Assembly (NCBI GenBank): GCA_050273025.1
Contig: CP158636.1
Coordinates: 4,588,001-4,652,000 of the forward strand
Length of the DNA stretch: 64,000 nt
Origin: Cenococcum geophilum
Lineage: Eukaryota
Direction of reading: 5' to 3'
Shown in pieces: positions 39,901-48,891 of the stretch; positions within the stretch are counted from its first letter, which is position 1; each line of letters starts with the position of its first letter. The notes beneath the pieces are model-generated. The model saw only the letters and a list, made by a program, of their open reading frames with translations, did not search any database and was not told where the DNA came from. Position numbers and translations under genes: made by a program.

Positions 39901-41911
39901 GAGCACTAAGTAAGATTATATCGGATAGAGATCTAAGATTTATAGCAGTATTTTAGGAAGTATTCTTGGCCGAGCAAGGAGTTCGAGTAGCAACTTTTAC
40001 CGTATACCATCCGCAGACAGACGGTTAAACGGAAAGATTAAATTAGACACTAAAGCAGTATCTAAGGCACTATATTAATTATATATAGAATAATTAGGTA
40101 TCGCTATTACTAATTATATAGTTTATATATAATGCAATACCTTAAGAAGGAATAGGCATATCACTATTTAAGGCGAATTATAGATATAAGCCGAGAATAT
40201 TATTATCACTAAGATAAGTAAAGAAGATAAGTAGTATAGCTAAAGAAAGAATAAAGACATTAATAAATCTTTATATAGACCTTATGGAATCAGTAAAGAA
40301 AGTATAAAAGAGAATGAAAAGGTACTATAATGCTAGGAAATCTAAGGGACCAGATCTTAAGGAGGGAGATAAAGTATAGCTACTATACAAAAATTTCAAA
40401 AGTCGATAACTAAGTAAGAAGTTAGACTACGTTAGACTAGGACCTTTTAAAATTACGTAAAGGATTTCACTAGTTACGTATAAGTTAAACCTACCAGCTA
40501 AAATAAAGATCTACCCTATACAGCACATTATAATACTAAAGCTAGTATACGGGAATATTAAGCCACTGGTTTACAAAGTAGACATGTATAAAGAATAAGA
40601 AGAAGACAAATAGTAAGTTTTAAAGATTATTAGTTATAAGGACATTAACGATAAAATATAGTATAAGGTTAAGTAGATAGGCTATAATAAGACTACCTAG
40701 GAGCCACTAAAGAATTTAAAGAACGCTATAAGAAAGGTATAGGAGTATTAGAAGAAATTAGGTTAGGCAGTATTAATAAAAAAGGATCGCTAAAAAATAA
40801 GTTACCTAAGGGGAACCTAAGAAGAGCAGTTACCGAACTACTTAGATCTATTTCCTTCTCAGTTAGAAGAGAATCCATTCTTTTATCGCCAAGTTCCTAT
40901 AAACCTTATTTTATAAGTTTCTACTCCTTAAAATAAACCTTCTTATAAACCTTTTTAAGATAAAGTAGACGAGTAGACGCCGCGATCTAAGTATTTAGAG
41001 CCTTCTATTCCGCATTATAAGAACGTTCCAGCTTAGCAAGGGCTTAAGACAATTCATTATCTAGCTACGCAGCAGCAGATTAAATATAAGACCCTAAGAC
41101 AAATTAATTAGGGAACTAGACGACTATTAAGAGTAATAGGTCGCGTATATTTAGCATCAGAGATGGAGCGAACGTCACAGGACGAACAAATATTCGCTTT
41201 AGTGCACTCCGAGCAAGAGGACGGTTATCGCGAAGATGGGTTCGCCAATGTAATATAAACTAACCCCTCTTTTAAACAGCGAGAACATGGAGATAGTATA
41301 ATCTTACCAAGAGACAGTATTGTAGCAATAGTGCGAGTATGACGAGTAGTTAAGGAAGAAGAAATTGCTTTAGGTATAATAAGTAATAATATTAACTAAA
41401 TTAATTAGATAGACATTATACCTCTAGTAAACAACTTAGAGATATTTTAAATCTTTAAGGACGAAGATAAAAAGGAGGGAGATGGTGTTACAGACGCTTT
41501 AAGTACGATATTATAACTACTTAGAGAAGAGATAAAAGAAGCTAGTTAGTTAATATAAGTATGGTCTAGGATAGAGCCGATAGAACTATATAACGAGGAA
41601 TAGTAACCGAGGTCACGTGGGGTAATCTATATAATCTATAGGATCTGCGTAATCCGTAACAGAGTAGATAGAGTATACGTACATTATATATAAGAAGGAT
41701 TTCATAGGAGTATAGTTGTGTATTTAAGGACCCTTAGTCCCTACCTAGATAGTTCCTTCCTTATAGTAATTCTCAGAATACAATTAGAGTTAATCTATTA
41801 GGCAACTACTCCACTAGTTATTATTACTTATTGACTTTTGTACTTGCATTTCCTATACACCTAGCCCAATAATAGGACCTATTATAGTTCTTACTATAAG
41901 GTTCCGTTACA
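33952..41911 (+). mobile_element. Full-length Gypsy-A chromovirus copy 4, RIP-degraded
   Basis: 426-bp LTRs 33952-34377 and 41486-41911; TSD tctat (33947-33951, 41912-41916); gag ATG 34423; PR ~37500, RT ~38100-38700, RH, IN ~39550-40500, chromodomain ~40600-40760; PPT before 41486. Confidence 0.97.
40710..41377 (-). pseudogene. Antisense accessory gene: Zn(II)2Cys6-like cluster plus coiled coil, one 55-nt intron (41094-41148); best-preserved copy
   Basis: Exon 1 reads (M)PKAISSS...SP-CSRC-LKEGLV-(C)-ITLANPSSR(Q)PSS-CSEC-TKANICSS-C-DVRSISDA = CX2CX6CX13CX2CX8C; exon 2 is heptad-rich (LDNELS(Q)ALAKLERS...RLL.LKKV.KKV..KE(Q)KLIK(Q)GL.EL); end approximate. Confidence 0.72.
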
Positions 41912-42650
41912 TCTATAGTAGTTATAAACCCCTAAAAATAACCTTAACTGCGTTATATTCTCTAGTTCTTACTAACTTACTATAGCTTTAATCTTCTTTA
42001 GGTCCATATTAATATAACCTAGTTTAATAATAAATTTAATAAAATCGGTCTTCCTTATAAAGAACTTGCATTTCTTAATTGCTACTAGCATCTGTTCTTT
42101 TTATAGTCTCTTTAAGACCTATTTAACGTATTCCCCGTGTTCTTCCTCTATTATTAAGTAGATAATAATATCGTTAAGGTATACTATAATAAACTCATTA
42201 AGGTGTTCTCCTAATATACTATTAATTCGTTTCTAAAACATTATTAGTATATTTATTAATCTAAATTGTATAACTAATGGCTTATGTAAGCTTTGCAGTG
42301 TGAAGGATTGAATGAACGACTTAATTGTAAATCTATGGAAATCAGGTAAAATATATACACAAAAGTAGAGCCCTGACAGTATGGTCTATGACTTGATCTT
42401 TGACTCATTTGAGCCATATACGAGGTATACGAGGTATACGAAAGTAGTGTTGATGCAGCCTTCCAGGCTGCAACCTTGTGTCTCAGCACAGTCCAGGTAG
42501 TCGGTTACACACCCCCCCAGATTTGACGGTGTAGTCAAAGCTGTAGAAAACAAATGAAGGCAGAAATTATACAAAAGAAAGAGTAAAAAGAGGGTTCAGC
42601 GCTCGATGGCTTCGTTATATCTCCCTAGCTTTATATCTCTGGATATAGAG

Positions 42651-42820
42651 CTGTATTCAAAGAGATGTCCTCCGTAGCCTCTCAGGAGACTATATTCGAA
42701 AAGGTGTCTTCCTTAGCCTCTCAGGAGACTGTGTTCAAAGATATGTCCTCCCTAGTCTCTCAGGAGACTGTATTCAAAGAGGTATTCTCCCCAGCCTCTC
42801 AGGAGACTGTATTCAAAGAG
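42651..42820. repeat. 39-bp tandem repeat (~4.4 copies) in the 3' UTR of the gag-only element
   Basis: Unit ttcaaagagatgtcctcc(c/g)tagcctctcaggagactgta. Confidence 0.92.
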
Positions 42821-42824
42821 AAAA

Positions 42825-43844
42825 TCAGATATCAATATTCTCATCATTAGTAGCGGTAGTAGGCATCCTCTGGGAAGCCTCCTTTTGTGCTTTCTCAACA
42901 GCAGCAGCAAGTCTCTCATATCTCATGAGTTTTTCATCAATTCGTTGTTGTATTTTCTCATCGGGTACCCACCCATGGGGTCTTAGGCTCTCAATTAGAT
43001 ATTGGCATTCCCGAAATAGGTGTTCTTCACCACAGAGGCATGTCTTTATTGGTAAGACAGGGGAATTATTTTGAAGTGTTGCAAATGCAGAGTGGTTGGC
43101 AGTAGTGGTAGGAGCTGCTTGCTGCATGCGGTAGTGCTCCTTAAATTCCTCAATCAGATCGATGATAGATGGGGCGGCTTTATCCTTCCGTTCTTTCCTG
43201 ATGAGGTCTACTTCTAGCGCTCCTGCGAAACTAGAAGAGATTGGCTTGATTGCTCGAACGAAATCGTAGTGCGGCCTAAATCCCTGTACGTCTGGAAGCT
43301 TCAATTGCTCAGCAAGCTTGTAGACATTTCGCCAGTTGTTCAACCATTTGTCAATGCTCTGGTTCGTATTGTAGGCTTTCAAAGCCGTGTATTGGATAAG
43401 GACGTCATGCTTTCGACCTGAGGTGGTAGGGGCTAGTGCAGTCTTCAATGCCTGAAGCCGTTCGTGTACCGTGTCGAGGCCGTCGATAAGGGGAAGGTAG
43501 GCTACCGATGTAGAGCGAACGATGTAGTTGCTGATACCGTTTATAGCCTGTTTTTTCTTCTCGTGTATGCGGAGATCGTCTTTGTATTCGGCGTATAGCT
43601 GACTGTAAACAGCGAATTGGTTTTGGTCTAGCTGGGCTATCTTTGTGGCAGTGGGAAGTACGTCCTTTGGTGTAGGTCGATTCGGCGGTTCCAGCTTTGG
43701 AAGCTCGTCTTTCTTTTTAGATGGGTCGATGTACTCCCATACCTCGTTGGTTTTGGCTGTGTCTTGAATGATAAAGAACCATTGAATCCAATCAGATGGC
43801 TTGTCAAGGATGAGGTTGATTTTTGATTCGGTAGAGGTCGTCAT
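42825..43844 (-). CDS. gag: Intact Copia-type Gag protein, 339 aa
   Basis: Uninterrupted ORF; N-terminal L..PSDW..W motif, helical capsid-like core and zinc knuckle CLCGEEHLFREC; no RIP stops. Confidence 0.85.
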   Translation of the reverse strand: MTTSTESKINLILDKPSDWIQWFFIIQDTAKTNEVWEYIDPSKKKDELPKLEPPNRPTPKDVLPTATKIAQLDQNQFAVYSQLYAEYKDDLRIHEKKKQAINGISNYIVRSTSVAYLPLIDGLDTVHERLQALKTALAPTTSGRKHDVLIQYTALKAYNTNQSIDKWLNNWRNVYKLAEQLKLPDVQGFRPHYDFVRAIKPISSSFAGALEVDLIRKERKDKAAPSIIDLIEEFKEHYRMQQAAPTTTANHSAFATLQNNSPVLPIKTCLCGEEHLFRECQYLIESLRPHGWVPDEKIQQRIDEKLMRYERLAAAVEKAQKEASQRMPTTATNDENIDI

Positions 43845-44069
43845 TTTTGGAATTTTGACAGGTCAGGCAGGGTCCAGGTCAGGGTCCGGATAGCGTCTTG
43901 GCAGAACCTTATTTTGACGTTCTTGATTGACCCGAGGTACGAGTGGTCTATATTTTCGGGTCCTAGAATTCAAACTTTGCCAAGCCAGCTTCTGATTGGT
44001 TCAAAAAAACTTGCGGACGGTAAGTCGTGGCAGAATTCACGTGACGAACTTCAAAACATTGGGCTCTAC

Positions 44070-46000
44070 AAACGCTCTGCACAAAGTTCCGTACGAAGCT
44101 CTGCGAAAGCTCTACCAAAAGCTCTACCAAAAGCTCTACCAAAGGCTCTGCCAAAGGCTTTGCAGCACCTCTGCCCACCTAGTGTACTGGCCATGCAGTA
44201 AATGGAGCACGCTGTGCGCAGGGGTCTAAGGGGGTCTCCCCTTTGAAGCTCTGCTCGAAGCTCTGCTCGAAGCTTTACTCGAAGCCCTATACGGAGCTCT
44301 AAAGCTCTACTAACACGCAGCACTAATATACTAGGAAGGTTCTGCAATCGGCCGTATAACCGCCCATACGGTCAATCGCCGTACAATTGTCTCTACGAAC
44401 GGCTCTACGAACGGCTCTACGAACGGCTCTATAAACGTCTACACGATCGCCCATACGAGCGTTCATACGATCGATTGACCAAACGCCTATACAATCAATC
44501 AGACGCCCGTATAAACGTCTCTACGAGCGTCTACAAACGTCTCTACAAATGTCTACAATCGCCCATACAATCGTCCGTACGAACGTCTGTGCGAACGCCT
44601 ACACGAACGCCTATATAAAGCTCTGCTCGAAGCTCTACAAAGCTCTGCACGAGCCTTCGTACGAAGCTCTGCAAAAGCTCTACTAAAAGCTCTACTAAAG
44701 CCTCTACCAAAGCCTCTGCAAGAGCTCTGCCTGCGCAGTAAATAGAGCACGTAGTGCGCAGGGGGGGGGGGGTCCAAGGGGGTCTCCCCCTTGAGCTTAA
44801 AGCTCTACTCGAAGCTCTACTCGAAGCTTGATACGGAGCTCTAATGCTCTACTAACACGCAACACTGATATACTAGGAAGGCTCTATAATCGTCTACACG
44901 AACGGCTCTACAAACGGCTCTACGAGCGTCTGCATAATCGCCCGTACGAACGCCCATATAATTAATCAAACACCCATACAATCGATTAATTAAACACCTA
45001 TACGAACGACCAATTAAACGTCCATGCAATTGCCTATACAATCGTCTCTACAAATATCTCTGCAGTTAATCGCCCGTGCGAACGCCTGCATGTGGCTCTG
45101 CACAAGGCTCTACACGAAGCTCTACCAAAGTTCTGCACGAAGCTCTACCGAAGCTCTACATGAAGCTCTACTAAAGCTCTACACAAAGCTCTACCGAAGC
45201 TCTACACAGAGCTCTATAAAAGCTCTATAAAAGCTCTACGAAAGCTCTACAAACGCTCTACCAAATGCTCTACTAAATGCTCTACCAAACGCTCTACCAA
45301 AGCCTCTATAAGAACTCTGCCTACGCGGTAAATAGAGCACGTAGTGCGCAGGGGGGGGTCCAAGGGGGTCTCCCCCTTGAGCTTAAAGCTTTACTCAAAA
45401 CTCTACTTAAAGCTTAATACGGAGCTTTAAAGCTCTACTAACATGCAGCACTAATATACTATGAAGGCTCTATAATCGTCTACACAAACAGCTCTATAAA
45501 CGGCTCCGCGAACGTCTATATAATCGCCTATATAAACGCCCATATAATTAGTCGATTAATCGATCAATTGCCTATAAACGCCTATACAATTAATTAATTA
45601 ATTAACTAAACGCCCGTACGAACGTCTCTACGAACGGCTCTATAAATGGCTCTATATACGGCTTTACGCACGGCTCTATAAACGTCTATATAATTAATTA
45701 ATCAATTAATTGCCCACATAAACGCCCATACGAACGATTAATTAAACGCCTATACAATTGCCTACACAATCGTCTCTACAAATGTCTCTGCAATTAATCG
45801 CCAGAACAAACGGCTGCACATCTGCACGTCTGCACGTCTGCACGTCTGCACGTGGCTCTGCGCAAGGCTCTCCACAAAGCTCCGCACGAGGCTCTACCAA
45901 AGCTCTACACGAGGCTCTACTAAAGCTCTGTACGAGGCTCTATTAAAGCTCTATATAAGGCTCTATTAAAGCTCTGCATAAGGCTCTGCCTAAAGTTTAC
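44070..46000. repeat. Compound tandem-repeat leader: three ~540-590-bp blocks built from 11/12-mers (aaagctctacca, acgaacggctct), each with a GC hairpin module
   Basis: Module gtaaatagagcacgtagtgcgcaggg..tccaagggggtctcccccttg at ~44198, ~44738 and ~45328; (cacgtctg)n at ~45816-45852. Confidence 0.9.
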
Positions 46001-46398
46001 CCCCTACTGCAAAGCACGACGGAGGTATAGGATTTACGAAACAAACCTATACCTACTAGTGTATGCTAATTAAGCTCTATATAATAAGGCTCTAAATTAA
46101 AGCTTTGGGTTAATTAATCGGCTTATTAATTATAAACTCGGGTCAAAATTTTCGTTGAGGGGTACCAACGATCCGCATGTTTCGTCAGTTCGTTCGTCGG
46201 TCGGGTTTGATCGTCCGTCAGCGTCGATCGTCCGTTCGTTTGATATTTGAAGGTAATCACGAGTACAAGAGAGGTACCCGGAAGAGGCTCAAAACACTTG
46301 CAAAGGTGGTAGAAGTAGTGACTTCTTGAATGAGGTAGTAGATTGATGGTGCAACAGATAGTGCGATTCAGGTAATTGCTCAGCAGGCAGTGCGATCC

Positions 46399-46409
46399 GG
46401 GCTCATAAC
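46399..46409 (-). promoter_or_regulatory. Primer-binding site of half-tRNA-iMet (Ty5/copia) type
   Basis: Minus strand reads GTTATGAGCCC directly after the 5' LTR, complementary to the initiator tRNA anticodon stem-loop. Confidence 0.75.
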
Positions 46410-48025
46410 TGTAAGCTTTGCAGTGTGAAGGATTGAATGAACGACTTAATTGTAAATCTATGGAAATCAGGTAAAATATATACACAAAAGTAGAGCCCTG
46501 ACAGTAGGGTCTATGACTTAATCTTTGACTCATTTGAGCCATATACGAGGTATACGAGGTATACGAAAGTAGTGTTGATGCAGCCTTCCAGGCTGCAACC
46601 TTGTGTCTCAGCACAGTCCAGGTAGTCGGTTACAGCTTATATAGTCCTTCTCTTAATCTAAAGGCTGCCTTTTATTTGTTGCCTTCCTTAATTCTAATCT
46701 AATAGTATGCCTATCTCAGATCTATCTTTATAAAGATTTATACGTTGCCTATCCAATCTTAGATTTTACTAATTAAGGGTAAAGGATACTTATCCTTTTA
46801 AGTGATGCTATTTAACTATTTATAGTTAATGTATAACCTAAGTTTTCCGTTTTTCTTTAGTATAAATAATACTAGATAACCTACTAATAACTGCAATAGT
46901 CTAATATATCCCTTTTATAGGTTCTTTTAGATAAACTCTTTAAGTACTCTAGACTCTTCTTTAGTAAGCTTATAGGTTAGAAAGAACCTTAGGCTTATTT
47001 CTAGTTCTAATTTTATTTTATAGTCCCATACTATATAATTTACTAACGTTTTATTTTCTAGGCTCTATAGTTTCTTACTATATTTATAGTATCTTTTTGG
47101 TACGTAACTTAAGCCTTACTTAGTCTCTTTATATATTACTCTAACTTAATACTATACTAACTTAATTTATTATTACATTCTGCAGTATTAAGTATCTTTA
47201 ATATTAACTTAACCTGTAATCCAATTAATCTTTAGATTATATTCCTATAACTAAGGCATTCCTAATACTACCTTATCCCGTCCTAATAGTAAGATATTAA
47301 AAGATATCTTAATTTATCTTCTTTTAATAGTTATCTAAATAGGTCCTGTTTTAAGGTTAATAATCCCTTCTCTATAGGCTATTAGATCTCCTAAAATTGT
47401 AACTAATAAGTAAGGTTGCTCCTTCTATCTATAAGGTAATCCTATTTTCTTAACTACTACTAGTAAGATATGGTTCCGTATTACTCCACTATCTATTAGT
47501 ACTTTAAACTACTAATCTTACCATTTTACTTATAAATTTAGGTATTGTCCTTAAATTCCTTTAAGGGTCTAAGGCTTTACTACTAGCTCCCTCTAGTTTT
47601 ATAGGTCTCTACTTTTCCTAACTATTAGCTATTTAATCCTTATATACTTAGCTCGCTCTTTAGCTAATACCTAGTTTACTTTTTATTTTCTATATACTAT
47701 AAACACATATTCTCTAGGCATTTTTACTACTATTATCTGTCTAAGCATTCTTCTATAAAGAATCTTTTTAGTTAAAGTATTAAGTCTCCTAACTCCTAAA
47801 CTTCTATTAGATGCTAGCTATATATATACTTAGCATTTCTATACTATTACTTATCTGGCGCCTAATATATCCTTATAGGGTATTTCTGATTCTTTTTCTT
47901 TAGATTTTTATATATTTTGTACGTATCGTCTATATATACAATCTATAATAGCGTATAGTATGCTAGGTGCTTTAGGTTAACTCTTAACTTATCTTTATCT
48001 TTAAGTTAAACCTTTATTATATTAA

Positions 48026-48891
48026 GGTCAACGATAATCATACACCCCCCCCGATTAATACGCATACACCCCCCAATTAATACACGTACACCCCCTAATT
48101 GATACGCGTACACCCCCTAATTGATACACATACACCCCCCAATTAATACGCATACACCCCCTACCCAAATAAGCTTAGATCCTCCCACTTCAAGTTAGAA
48201 CATCACGTGCGTTTGACTTGTTTGCGCCTAAATCGCGAAAACCAAAGTGCGCCATGTAAGTTTTATAACTGCAATATTACGATTAAGTCTTGATTTTAGT
48301 TATAGTATAAGTAGTAGAGTCTAAATTTGGATCGCGACTGAGTCGATTAATTGGATTGCGCAGTGCTTTATAAGGCGTCGCGCAAACTGATTTAGGTGCT
48401 GCTTCGCGCCCACGCACCCACGCACCCACGCGCGCCCGGTGGGACTCAAATCAACACTTCTGCTTCGCATCTAAGGGCCTGCAATTATAGAGCGTCGCGG
48501 CAGTCGGCCAATCAACCCTATAACCGGCTCTACAATTGCAAATCGCGTCGACAGATCTACTCGTAGAGAGCCCTCAGCATTTGAGCGAAATACTGGCTAT
48601 ACTATACTTTAATTTTCGTGATGCAGGCGCAAACAAGTCAAACGCACGTGATATTCTAACTTAATGAGGAAGCATCTAACTTAATGGGGAGGCGTCCAAA
48701 CCAAATGAGGTAGGGGGTGTATGCGTATTAATTAGGGGGTGTATGTGTATCAATTAGGGGGTGTACGCGTATCAATTAGGGGGTGTACGTGTATTAATTG
48801 GGGGGTGTATGCGTATTAATCGGGGGGGTGTATGTATATCAATTGGGGGGTGTACGCGTATCATTTAGGGGGTGTATAATTATCGTTGACC
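48026..48891. mobile_element. Foldback-like non-autonomous DNA transposon (866 bp)
   Basis: 8-bp TSD tatattaa (48018-48025, 48892-48899); termini ggtcaacgataat...attatcgttgacc; inverted arrays of a 22-bp unit taattgatacgcgtacaccccc; inner inverted repeat 48202-48228 / 48625-48652. Confidence 0.93.

Larger units (their letters stand above)
42285..46634 (-). mobile_element. Young non-autonomous gag-only Copia-type LTR element (4350 bp)
   Basis: 225-bp LTRs 42285-42509 and 46410-46634 differing at 2 positions; TSD gctta (42280-42284, 46635-46639); PBS GTTATGAGCCC at 46399-46409 (minus); PPT (gggggggtg) at 42510-42518; no pol. Confidence 0.95.

Noticed and set aside
43914..45946. Several overlapping ORFs with RAFG/ALPK/KLYQ repeats
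   Set aside because: They arise on both strands from 12-bp tandem repeats; no domain and inconsistent between blocks.
44070..46000. CRISPR-like array or hammerhead retrozyme
   Set aside because: No unique spacers between identical repeats, eukaryotic TE context, and I saw no CUGAUGA/GAAA hammerhead core by eye.
46126..46614. 162-aa ORF, plus ORFs 42274-42489 and 42386-42574
   Set aside because: They start inside or run through the LTRs and PBS; no recognisable protein.
48040..48880. Telomere-like repeats
   Set aside because: Units are 22 bp, inverted, bounded by a TIR and 8-bp TSD, and are not TTAGGG.
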